Source: Mobula hypostoma (taxonomy: Eukaryota). Taken from it: DNA of 64,000 nucleotides. The position numbers were made by a program, and so were the translations under genes. A model generated the notes under the pieces. That model ran no database searches. It was not told the origin of the DNA and saw nothing but the letters and a program-made list of their open reading frames with translations. Each line of letters starts with the position of its first letter. Positions within the stretch are counted from its first letter, which is position 1. This document shows, one piece after another, positions 52,175-64,000 of this stretch. The DNA lies in NCBI RefSeq assembly GCF_963921235.1, contig NC_086097.1, positions 162,380,001 to 162,444,000 on the forward strand, given 5' to 3'.

Positions 52175-52366
52175 GCAACACACACAAAACACTGGAGGGA
52201 CGCAGCAGACCAGGCAACATCTATGGAAAAGAGTAAACAGTTGAAAGGTGTCGGCGTAACGCGGACTGTGTACTCTTTTCCATGGATGCTGCCTGGCCTG
52301 CTGAGTTCCTCCAGCGTTTTGAGTGTGCTGCTTGGATTTCCAACATCTGCAGATTTTCTCTTGTTT
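52175..52366. mobile_element. Miniature inverted double of a related Penelope-like 3' terminus
   Basis: Arms 52175-52245 (-) and 52264-52366 (+) are mutual reverse complements; degenerate flanking repeat TGGG(CT/TC)TCTGAATT. Confidence 0.7.
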
Positions 52367-54389
52367 GGGTCTCTGAATTTTTTTAAAGCTAATTTTTCAT
52401 GTTTCATATACACCCTTGGCAAACCAGCATTTCTGTTATGACCCACTGAATCTGTGCTGACCATCGAGCAAGCGTTTATAGGATGAGAGTCAGATTCACT
52501 GTCACTGATAGTAATCGTGAAATTTGTTGTTTCGTGGCAGCAGTGCAGTACAGGTAAAACAAATTACTATCTATATACTACTAAAATTCTCATGGTCTGT
52601 TTGTTTGTTTGTGACCTCCAATTAGCCCAAATGGTGCATGACAACGGCACTTTTTTCGACTAAATCAACTCAAAATGTGCTAACTTACAGAATGCATGCA
52701 AAGTTTAGGGTTATATATTCATATAAAATCGCTCACTCGTCAATCAACAGGCCCCACTTTCCACAACCCGAGCCGATTCCAGCTTTAATGGAAACCGCGA
52801 CACGACACCATGGCGCATGCGCATGGCCAGCCTCAGCAGCGCCTCACGATGCTCACAGCAGCGACACCAAACGCAGCAAAAGGGCAAGACTATCACGTCC
52901 ATTTAGGAGCGGGCCAACCACATCATCAAGAAAAATCAGCTTCCTGGAGGCATTGGTGTTACTGCTTCGTATCTTCTATCAAGCATTAGGGTAAAAAAAA
53001 TGGACAGCTTAATTATGCCGCTTGGAAAAAGAAGGGGGACATTATGGTCAAGAGATGACGCCAAACGTCGTCGGGAAGTGGCAAGGAGAGGGAGAGAACG
53101 AGAATCAGATTAGGCCAGGATCAAAGGGTCAGGACAAAAATGATGAGAGAAGAAGAGACAGAGGAGGAGAGGCATGCATGTCTCCAAAATGACAATAATG
53201 GGCACAGAAGGAGGAGAGAACAAGAATCGATCAGGCCAGGGCTGCACGACTCCAGAATCAGAGAGAAAGAACAAATGGTAGAAGAGATGAAGAGACGAAG
53301 GATGAAAGGGCTGCGGGTCTCCAGAATAACAAAAAAAGGCAGAGACTGAGGAAAGAGGAAGAGACAGAGGAGAAAAGGAAAGATCAACTTAAAAATATGC
53401 AGTAAAGACTACCCTATTGAATAATGAGCAAAGAGAAGTATATGAATATGTGTGTGACTGCTTGGAAAGGAATCTCTCTTAAATGATTTTCATTGATGCA
53501 CCAGGAGGAACGGGCAAGATATTTATCATCAACTTGATCCTCGCTGAAGTTAGGGGAGATGGAGGTGTTGCTATTGCTGTAGCATCATCAGGTATTGCAG
53601 CAACATTGATGCCTGGTGGTAGGACAGCGCATTCAAGATTCAAAATACCCCTCAAAGTCAATGAAGATGCCCTTTGTAACATCGATAAAAACACCAATAC
53701 TGCAAATGTACTCCAAAATGCGAGGCTTATTGTCTGGGATGAGTGCTCCATGATTAGGAGGGAGAGCTTCGAAGCCGTGGACCGGACTTTTAGTGATGTA
53801 TGCAGCAGGAATGAGGCCTTCAGAGATATTTTAACCATTTGCTGTGGTGATTTCCGTCAGCTTCCAGCAGATGTGAAACGAGGAAATGATGCTGATGTGG
53901 AGAATTCTTGCATAAAAAAATCCTACTTATGGAGAAGCTTCTTCAAGTTTCAATTGAAGAGAAACCTGCAATTGAGTGAGGGAGAAGGACTATATGCTGA
54001 GTTCTTATTGGATGTTGGAGAAGACAAGATTGAGAAAAATGAAAAGGATGAAATTGAATTACCTGAAGATATGATTCTGCCAGCAAAAAGTATGGAAGAA
54101 TGTGTTGATTTCATCTACCTGACATTTGACAATCCTGCAGAACTGTTCTGGAGGAATTCTATTTTGGTTCCTCTCAATGAAATGATGCGAAAAATAAACT
54201 CCACATGCATTAGACGCTTCCCTGGTATCGTGAAAGAATACTGTTCCTTCAATACCGCAGGTGAAGGAGCTAACGCCACTCATTTTACAACAGAATTCCT
54301 TGATTTGGTTGAACTCTGGATTGCCACCACATAAACTGGAATTGAAGAGGGGATCTCCCATCATTTCAATGAGTAACTTGGATCCACCA

Positions 54390-57300
54390 TCTTCTAACAT
54401 TGATTTATTTAAACAAGGGGTTGAACTCCAATCACAATATAATTTACTATTAACTTTTCCTATTGAAAGAAATTTGCTTAAATTGAAAAGTCAATTTTAT
54501 GTGTTTGGAGGTAAAAATAATAAGCTATTAGCATCTCAATTAAAAGCAGCCAGAGCCAAAAGACAAATTTTAAAAATTCATAAGGGAGACGGTAGTTTAC
54601 CTTGTAATTATGAAGACATTAATAAAATTTCAAGACTTTTATGTTGAACTTTATAAATCTCAGTTTCCAGCTGATCCCTCTAAAATGAATGCCTTTTCAC
54701 GAAAGATTGATTTTCCTTGAATTTCTGTTGAAGATCAACAAACTCTAGATACTCCTATTACTAAAAACAAAATTCAGAAAGCTATTCTTTCAGTGCAATC
54801 TGGTAAAGCTCCTGGATTGGATGGTTATTCTGTAGGATTTTATAAAAAAATTGAAAAATTGCTTTCTCCATATATGTTGGAAATGCTTAAAGATTCTATT
54901 TTGATAGGAGAGTTACCTCCCACATTTTATGAAGCTTCTATTTCTTTAATTCTTAAGAAAGGTGAAGACCCTGCTGACTGCTTCTTACAGACCTATTTCA
55001 TTATTAAATATGGATGCTAAAATTCTTTCAAAAATCGACTGGAGAATATTCTAGCTAAAATTATCTCTCAGGACCAAACAGGTTTTGTAAAGGGCCGTTA
55101 TTCCTTCTCTAATACTTGGAGACTGTTAAATGTTACATACTCATCCTTTTCTAAGACTCCCCATTGTGTTCTTTCTCTTGATGCTGAAAAGGCATTTGAC
55201 AGAGTTGAAATGAAATACTTATTTAACGTTTTAGAGAAATTAGACTTTGGTATTAATTTTAATAAGTGGATTAGAATGATATATAAAAGCCCTATTGCTG
55301 CTGTTATTACTAATAATTGCAAATCTCCTTCTTCTCGACTCTCACAGGGTATGAGACAAGGATGTCCGTTAAGTCCCTTATTATTTAATTTGGTGTTGGA
55401 ACCCTTGGCCATTGCACTTCGTGAAGCTAAAGATATCCATGGATTTTTCATAAATAGGGCTATTCATAAGATCTCCCTTTACGCTGACGATCTCTTAGTT
55501 TATGTTTCGAATCCTGAAGAATCCATTCCTAGTTTATTGAAATTATTAAATGAATTTGGAAAGTATTTGGGAATTTGGAATATAAACTGAACCTTCATAA
55601 AAGTGAATTATTTCCCCTAAATGATTCTACTTCTATATATGATGACATTCCTTTTAGAGTTATGGACTCTTTTAAATATTTAGGTATTATTATCACTAAA
55701 AATCATAGTCATAGTCATACTTTATTGATCCTGGGGAAAATTGGTTTTCGTTACAGTTGCACCATAAATAATAAATAGTAATAGAATCATAAATAGTTAA
55801 ATAGTAATATGTAAATTATGCCAGTAAATTATGAAATAAGTCCAGGACCAGCCTATTGGCTCAGGGTGTCTGACCCTCCAAGGGAGGAGTTGTAAAGTTT
55901 GATGGCCACAGGAAGGAATGACTTCCTATGACGCTCTGTGCTGCTTCTCGTTGGAATGATTCTCTGGCTGAATGTACTCCTGTGCCCACCCAGTACGTTA
56001 TGTAGTGGATGGGAGTCATTGACCAAGATGGCATACAACTTAGACAGCATCCTCTTTTCAGACACCACCGTGAGAGAGTCCAGTTCCATCCCCACAACAT
56101 CACTGGCCTTACGAATGAGCTTGTTGATTCTGTTGGTGTCTGCTACCCTCAGCCTGCTGCCCCAGCACACAACAGCAAACATGATAGCACTGGCCACCAC
56201 AGACTCGTAGAACATCCTCAGCATCGTCCGGCAGATGTTAAAGGACCTCACTCTCCTCAGGAAGTAGAGATGTCTCTGACCCTTGTAGACAGCCTCAGTG
56301 TTCTTTGACCAGTCCAGCTTATTGTCAATTCGTATCCCCAGGTATTTGTAATCCTCCACCATGTCCACACTGACCCCCTGGATGGAAACAGGGGTCACCG
56401 GTATCTTAGCTCTCCTCAGGTCTACCATCAGCTCCGTAGTCTTTTTCACATTAAGCTGCAGATAATTCCGCTCACACCATGTGACAAAGTTTCCTACCGT
56501 AGCCCTGTACTCAGCCTCATCTCCCTTGCTGATGCAGCTAACTATGGCAGAGTCATCTGAAAACTTCTGAAGATGACAAGACTGCAGTAGTTGAAGTCCG
56601 AGGTGTAAATGGTGAAGAGAAAGGGAGACAAGACATAGACCAAAGATAGAGACCTTTATAGAGCTAATTTGATTCCTTTAGTGGATTTTATGAAGTAATT
56701 ATTTTGTAGATGGAATCCATTTACACTTTCGTTAGCCGGCCAAGTTCATGCAGTTAAAATGATGATTTTACCAAAATTTTTATATGTATTTCAAAATATC
56801 CCTTTTTTTTAAACTAAGAAGTTTTTTGATCAGATTGATTCTATTATTTTATCTTTTGTTTGGAATAATAAAAGACCAAGAATTGGAAAATATCATTTAC
56901 AAAAATTAAAAAAGGATGGAGGTCTTGCCCTGCCTAATTTAAGAATGTACTATTGGGCTGTTAATGTATGTTATATGTGTTCTTGCTTATATTGGACTGA
57001 TAAAAATGAACGACCACCTTGGGCTGATTTGGAATTGAAAGCTGAGAAACAGTTTCACTTAACCTCGTTGTTAGGAGCTTCTTTATTTGTACAACTGGCC
57101 AAAATCGCTAATCTAAATTTATATCCTATGATTAAGCAGTCATTACGAATTTGGTACCAGTTCGTAATATTTTTAATCTCAAAAAATTTAACCTGAGTTT
57201 AATTTATTGTAATTATTTATTTAAACCTTCATTAAGTGATCCTCCCTTTCTTCTTTGAAGGAATAAAGGAGTTTATTCCTTCATGGATCTGTTCCAAGAA

Positions 57301-58485
57301 GGCCGATCGATGTCTTTTAAGGAATTAGTAACTAAATACTCTCTCTCGTACTCACATTTCTTGCAAAATCTTCAGGTCAGACATTTCTTACAAGAACATT
57401 TAAGTAACTTTCCGTTTATACAGGATTCTGACTTGTTAGATATTATTTAAAAAATGAACCCTTTAGTGAAAGGTTTTATTGGGAAAATTTATAATTCACT
57501 GTTACAACAGCACAATTACCCTTCACTTAAGATTAAGCAAGATTGGGAAAGAGAGCTTAACAGGACCTTGATAACAGAGGATTGGTGGCAAATTTTGAGG
57601 TTGGTTAATTCTTCTTTGATCTGTGCCAGTCACTCTTTAATTCAATTTAAAATTGTACATCCTTACTATTTGACAAAGGAGAGACTGTCTAAAATGTTTC
57701 CTAATGTTGATAGTCAGTGTGATAGATGTAAAACCGAGATAGCTATATTAACACATATGTTTTGGTCATGTTCTGTATTAAAACATTTTTGGAAATCTAT
57801 TTTCCCTACTATTTCAAAAGTTTAAAAAATTAATTTACAACCTAATAAACTGACAGTTTTGTTCGGTATGATCCCTCAATATATTGACGGTATTTCTATA
57901 TCAGACCAACATGTAATTGCATTTTTCACATTATTGGCCAGAAGGGCTATTTTACTGAAATGGAAAGATGCCTCTGCTCCCACTTTGATACAATGGTTCG
58001 CCCAGGTGATTTTATGTCTTAGTTTGGAGAAAATCAGAAGTCGAACTTTTGATCCTCAATTTGATTTTGAGAAAAGGTGGGGTTCATTTGCCCGCTACTA
58101 TCATCTGATTTGAGTTAATTAAGATGGTTTCCTTCTGAATTTGGTTTAAATGGATTTGAGTTGGCGGATTGATGTTTTTCTTTTAGGAAGCTTGTATGGC
58201 ATATAGCTATGGGGTTGTGCTCCCAGTGGGGTTTTTTTTTGTTAGTAGGGGTTTTTTTGTTTTAGTTAGTAGGGGTTCTTTTTTTCCCTTTTTTTTCTTT
58301 AAAAAAATATTCTTAACACTTTATTTTTTCTTCTTATTATTAATATATTTTTTAGCTTTGTTAATCAGTTATTTGGTAATTTAATTCTTCATTGTACATA
58401 TTGACATGTTGACTTGATTACCTTAATGTGTTTTTTTGGTTGATCTTTAATAATAATTAATAAAAAAGATTTTAAAATGAAAATT
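54390..58485 (+). mobile_element. Decayed 5'-truncated L1-clade LINE ORF2 and 3'UTR
   Basis: KAPGLDGY, DAEKAFDRVE, GMRQGCPLSPLLF, LYADD, GGLALPN, C-terminal CDRC...HMFWSC; T-rich UTR; AATAAA at ~58459. Confidence 0.9.
55704..56633 (-). mobile_element. Rex/Babar-like LINE 3' end nested in the L1
   Basis: ORF KTTELMVDLRR...YKYLGIRIDNKLDW...FLPVAIKLYN; short tandem tail CATAGT on +. Confidence 0.8.
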
Positions 58486-60104
58486 AAGTTTCAATTGAAG
58501 AAAATCCGATTGAGTGAGGGAGAAGGACTATATTCTGAGTTCTTATTGGATGTTGGAGAAGACAAGATTGAGAAAAATGAAAATGATGAAATCGAATTAC
58601 CTGAAGATACGATTCTGCCGGCAAAAACTATGGAAAAATGCATTGATTTCATTTACCCGACATTCGACAATTCTGCAGAATTGTTCTTGAGGAATTCTAT
58701 CTTGGGTCCTCTCAATGAAATGATGCGAAAAATAAACTTCACATGCATTAGAGGCTTTTCTGGTATCATGAAAGAATACTGTTCCTTCAATGCCGTAAGT
58801 GAAGGAGCTAATGCCACTCATTTTCCAACAGAATTCCTTGATTCGGTCGAACTCTCTGGATTACCAACACAAACTGGAATTGAAGAGGGGATCTCCCATC
58901 ATTTCACTGAAGAACTTGGATCCACCAAAGCTTTGCAGTGGAACGCAAATGATGGTGGAAGAACTGCACGACAATCTCATCGTAGCAAAGATAAACATTG
59001 GTGTGTTCAAAAGTGACGTTGTCATGATCCCAAGAATTACTCTCAATTTATCAGAAGGGGAAGATGTCCCTCCTGAGCGGAGCCAGTTCTGGATACAGTC
59101 ATGCTTTGCTATGACTATACATAAGGCGCAAGGCATGGAGAATGTGTTGATTTATTTGGAGAAACTGCTCTTCCAGCATGGTCAGCTGTATGTAGCTTTA
59201 AACTGGGGAAAAAGAAATGAAAACCTTAGAGTATTTTTGAAGAGTGGCAGATCAACCAGAAATATTGTCATCAAAGGTGTCCTTCGTTAAGCAAGGAGGA
59301 GCTATATTTGTCTTGCTACGCGTCTTTCTTCTTTACTAAACTGAGTTTTTCCTCTTTAATTTCCAAAGCACATCACATCAGACTGCACTACCTTTCTGTC
59401 AAAGGGTGCCCCGATGGGTCACCCGGTTGTCTCGTTAGCTGCAATAATGAGAAGGTACCATAAACAAAGAATAGTGAGGTGGTGCCCATGTTTACGGACA
59501 TTCAAAAATCTGATGGCACATGGTAAGAACCTGTTGCTAAAATGTCGAGTGTGGGCCTTCAGTCTCTCGTGCTTTCTCCCCGATGGTAGTAATGAGAAGA
59601 GGTAATGATCTCACTTAATTCTCCCCATATTCCCACCGACTCTTAGATTCTCTTATTCGCCTACACACTAATAAAACATTTACAATTACCATTCAATCTA
59701 TCAACCTGCAAATCCTTGGCAGGTGGGAGGAGCCCATAGGGAGAATATGCAAACTTGGAAGTTAGTATTAAACTTTGCTCACTGGAACTTGAAGCAGCAG
59801 CTCCACTAGCTGAGTCATTGTGCTAGTGTTTTTGTAGTTTCTTTCCTTTTTTTATTCTTCCTGCAAGCTAGATAAATTCACATTTTCCTATCTCAAATTT
59901 CATCTGCAGAATTTGTGACATCCTTAATCTCTGTATTTCCCTAGATGAAGTCTTTAAATTCCCCCTTACAACTTGCTTTCCCACTTACCTTGTAACATCA
60001 GCAAATTTGGACACAATCCGCCTTGAAGTTTGGTCATCAAAGTAATTGATGCAAAACATGAAAACTTCCAAGAGGGGATAAATACTTTTTATAGGCACTG
60101 TATA

Positions 60105-60900
60105 AGTATTTGAATAGACAGGGACTGATTACGGATAATCAACATGGCCTTGTGCATGATAAGTCATGTCTAACCAATCTTAAAGACTTTTTCAATGAAG
60201 TTACCAGGAAAGTTGATGAAGGCAAGACAGTGGATGGTGTGTACGTGGACTTTAGCAAGGCCTTTGACAAGGTCTCACATGGGAGGCAGGTATTGTTGTT
60301 GACGCAGTTGTTGTTTGTCATCTAAATCAAACTGGATGATAATGTAGTAAACTAGATCAGCAAATCTGTGGATGACACCAAGACTGGGGGCATAGTGGAC
60401 AGTGAGGAAGACTATCAAAGCTTGCAGCGGGATCTGGGCCAGTTGGGAAAAATGGACTGAAGAATGGCAGATGGAATTTAATGCAGACAAGTGTGATGTG
60501 TTTCACTTTGGGAGGACCGAGCGGTGTAGGGGTCTTACACAGTGAGCAGTAGGGCACTGAGGAGTGTAGTAGGACAGGGAGATCTGGGAATTTTGATCTC
60601 CAGTTCTTTGATTATGGCATCACAGGTAGATAGGGTTGTAAAGAAAGCACATTGGCCTTCATAAATCAATGTATTGCATACAGGAGATGGAATGTTTTGT
60701 TGAAATTATATAGATGTTGGTGATGTGGATGCAAGGTTGATTTCAACTTTTAAGAGAAATTTGGATAGGAACATGGATGGGAGGAGTATGGAGGGCTGTG
60801 ATCAAGGTGCTGGTCAGTGGGACGAGGCAGATTAATGGTTTGGGATGGGCTGAAGGGTATGTTTCTGTTTTGTAATGTCTATAACTCCATGACTCTATTT
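60105..60900 (+). mobile_element. Decayed CR1 LINE fragment
   Basis: NQHGLVHDKSCLTNL...YVDFSKAFDKVSH. Confidence 0.8.
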
Positions 60901-63119
60901 AAAAAAAATAGAGATTCAATGTATTGTGACCATCAATTAATGATTTAAGGTGATTGATAGAAGGATGAGAAGGAAACTAGAGTTTAGTTTCATTGAAGAT
61001 ACTCTGGAAACTGGAAGTCATTGTAACAGGATGGAGCATAAATGAGAAGATAGTGTTGGCATACATCGGTGACTCTCTGCGGGCTGCAGAAAATTGTACC
61101 AGTTTTCCTCTTAAATATACTCCTTTTGAAAAAAAATCTCAGGGTTGTATGTAGGGACAGGTATGCACTCTGATTATAAATTGAACTTTGAACTCATCAA
61201 ATTTAGAAGTGCTTGGATCATAATTTGTTGAAAGCGAAAGTGGGAATAAGTGGGTCTCGGAGATGCCTTTTGTGCAATACATTTCTCTGATTCCATGACA
61301 TTTTCCATAATTACCCCCATTTGAGAATTAGGTGTTTCTTGTACATTTCTTATTGGCTTTGTACTTGAAGTAAAAACATGGCCAGTTCAGATGTGTACTC
61401 AGCTGTTTCTGGGATTCCCACTGGAGCTAAATTAAATTCAGGTCTAGGCAATCTGGGAGTGTTGATTTATGCTCCCATTTGCTCTGAGGTAATGAGAAAA
61501 GCTGCAAGGTGTTATTTGTCAATGTGTAAACCAATTGGTAACTGGTTAAGGCCAACCCTGGAGTAGAGGGAATGGCTTCTAACATGAGTTCATCACTTTT
61601 ATAATATTCAAATAATGCCATAAATATGGCCTCATTCTGCCGCACCCTTGAATTTCTCATGATAATGAACGCAAAGCCATGTTTGGAAAATTCCTGAACA
61701 GTTTAATAAACCTACGTTAAACTTTGTTTAAATCTGTTCAGAAAAAGCTGCCTGTCCATTTATCTTGCATGTGAAAATAATAGGGTATTCAGGTAGTTGT
61801 GAGAGGTCCTTGAAATATCCCTGGAGACCTATATGGACAGGCCCTTGTTTGATTTGGTCAGAGGAAGTTAAAGATAGCAATATAACTTGCATCATCCAGA
61901 TTCATCACAATCTGAACAGGAACTAATTACAAAACATTGGGAATTGTGGGTTCAAAAATGCTCTGAGCTTAGTAACCACTTTTTGACCCCAAACCATTTT
62001 CCATTTATATTTCTTGCTAAGTGTTCTTGTTCGAATTTAGAGGACTTGGAACTTTGGAAGGACAGAAAGCAAGCAAAGAGGTGCAACAGGTAATTTGGAA
62101 GACTGGATTTATCTCAATAGGGCAGAATATAGAAGTAGGGAAGTCATATTACAACAGTAGTGAGACTATATCTACAGTTTTGGTACCTTTATTTAAGGGA
62201 TATCAGTGTAGAATGTTTTAAAGAGAAGATTCACTGGAATGATCTCAGAGTGTTGTAGTTCACTTCAATTGATTGCATGATTTGTTTTGTTTTTCCTTCC
62301 TCTTGTGGGTTGGGCATTTTTCTTTAATTGGGTTCTTTTGGGTTTCTTGCTTTATGGCTGCCTGCAAGCAAACAATTCTCAAGGTTGTATAATTTAAACA
62401 TTCTTTGATAATAAATGCACTTTGAATCTATGAATCTTTGAATGATCTCCATGTAGCAAAACCAAAACTCTGGTCATTGAGTTTTGGAATTCGGTGGGTG
62501 CTGCCCCCGCCCCCGCCCCCGCCCCCGGGTGCTGAGGTAGAAATGGTTAAAAGTTCCCAGGTGTAAACGTCATCAATAACTTACCCTGATCCAACCACAT
62601 TAATGTTATAGCTAAGAAAGCAGATGAGCACCTCTTCTTCCTCGTTGATTAGTAATATGCTTTTTCAGGGTTACTGGTTTAATTTTAAACTCATATAGAT
62701 CATGCTGGGAAGGCAAAGAAAGAATAGTACTTTTTCCTGGTGAAGCAGTGTAAACCATCTGTGTATTAAGAAAGAAGTTTAAGTCTTATTTATTATTATT
62801 ATTTTATTTTTGGATCATATGTAATTTTTTTGTTCATAATTCTGGCATCTTTAGTCAACTTCTTTGCCTGTCATACCATCTGAAACCATTAATTTGTAAC
62901 ATTACTAAAAATTGAACAGAAAATTCTTGATACTGCAGTTTAGCTTATTGTTACGTTAATATGATATGCGAGGATTTTAGAAGTATGCTTTGCTAAATTC
63001 TGGCTTAAACTAAAGCTGCCTAATAAATTACTAAGCAGCATTTGATCACTCAATGGATGCAATCTGTATGCACAGTTACAAAATCACTGATTTTTAATTT
63101 TTAAAACGATTTCTTTATA

Positions 63120-64000
63120 GAGTAGTAGAACACTGCAACACAGTAAAAGGTCCTTTGGCCCATCTAGTCCATATCTGCTTAGTCCCGTTGACCTGCACCG
63201 AGACCATAGCCCTCCCATCCATGTACCTCCCCATGTACCTACCCAATTTTCTCCTAAATGTTGAAATTGAGCCCACATCCATCACTTCCACTGGCAGTTT
63301 GCTCCACACTCTCACTGCTGTCTGAGTGAAGAAGTTCCTGCTCATGATCCCCTTAAACATTTCAACTTTGGCCCTTAACCCATGATCTCTAATTCTAGTC
63401 TCATCCAAACTCAGTGGAAAAAACATCCAAGCATTTACCCTGTCTCTACCCCTCATAATATTCTACATCTCCATCAAATCTCCCCTCAATCTTCTACATT
63501 CTGGGGAATAAAGACTGAACCTATTCAACCTTCCCTGATATCTTAGGTCCTCAAGTCCCAGCAATATCCTTGTAAATTTTCTCTGCACTCTTTCAATCTT
63601 TTTTACGTTTTTTTCCCTGTAGGTAAGTGACCAAAACTGACGCAATACTCCAAATTAGGCCTCACCAATTTCTTATATAATTTCAACATAACATTCTACC
63701 TTCTGTACTCAATACACTGATTTTTGAAGGCCAATGTGCTTTCTTTTTGACCCTATCTACTTGTGAGAACAGTTTTGAGGAATTATGGATCTATATTTCC
63801 AAATCATTCTGTTCTGCCACACTCCTCAGTGCCCTTCCACTCACAGTGTAAGACCTACCCTGGTTGGTCCTCCCAAAGTGCAATACCTCACACTTGTCTG
63901 CATTAAATTCCACCTACCATTTTTCAGCCCATTTTACTAGCTGCTCCAGATCCCGCTGCAAGCTTTGGTAGCCTTCCTCGCTGTCTAATGCACCTTCAAT
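63120..64000 (-). mobile_element. CR1 LINE 3' fragment running off the window
   Basis: IERVQRKFTRILLGL...RLRGDL; NFFTQTAVRVWSKLP. Confidence 0.82.

Larger units (their letters stand above)
52570..59434 (+). mobile_element. Helitron with decayed PIF1-type helicase, interrupted by L1
   Basis: A|TCTATATACTAC start; subterminal hairpin and CTCG|T end; helicase motifs FIDAPGGTGK, ASSGIAATL, GGRTAHSRFKIP, VWDECSM, GDFRQL, FAMTIHKAQG, HGQLYVAL; frameshifts present. Confidence 0.9.

Noticed and set aside
51606..52244. Six overlapping 126-172 aa ORFs
   Set aside because: They are translations of a stop-free GC minisatellite with no protein homology.
53483..54334. Host PIF1 helicase gene
   Set aside because: It is intronless, frameshifted, L1-interrupted and enclosed by Helitron termini.
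60070..60102. Tc1-like terminal repeat (AATACTTTTTATAGGCACTGTA)
   Set aside because: No partner TIR or transposase was found, so no element can be delimited.

Overview
Vertebrate genomic DNA. The repeat families suggest a cartilaginous fish (inference). The + strand carries the last ten coding exons of Argonaute-2 (6426-31885, 477 aa, all GT-AG introns, catalytic DEDH intact), followed by an apparently TE-free ~6.3 kb 3'UTR. The - strand carries a complete three-exon CHRAC1 gene (51222->47250, 143 aa), convergent with AGO2 as in other vertebrates. Introns and intergenic DNA are dense with transposons: CR1, Rex/Babar-like, RTE and L1 LINE fragments, a deleted Tigger, Harbinger and hAT-like MITEs, two Helitrons of one family with no recognisable Rep domain, and a tRNA-Lys pseudogene. 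The most striking structure is a young Penelope-like (GIY-YIG) family whose 3' end carries a minimal hammerhead ribozyme. It has repeatedly inserted as TSD-flanked inverted doubles with reproducibly asymmetric ends, placing ~0.7-0.9 kb hairpins and sense-strand ribozyme motifs inside the AGO2 and CHRAC1 pre-mRNAs. Coordinates were read by hand; TE boundaries without TSDs are approximate.
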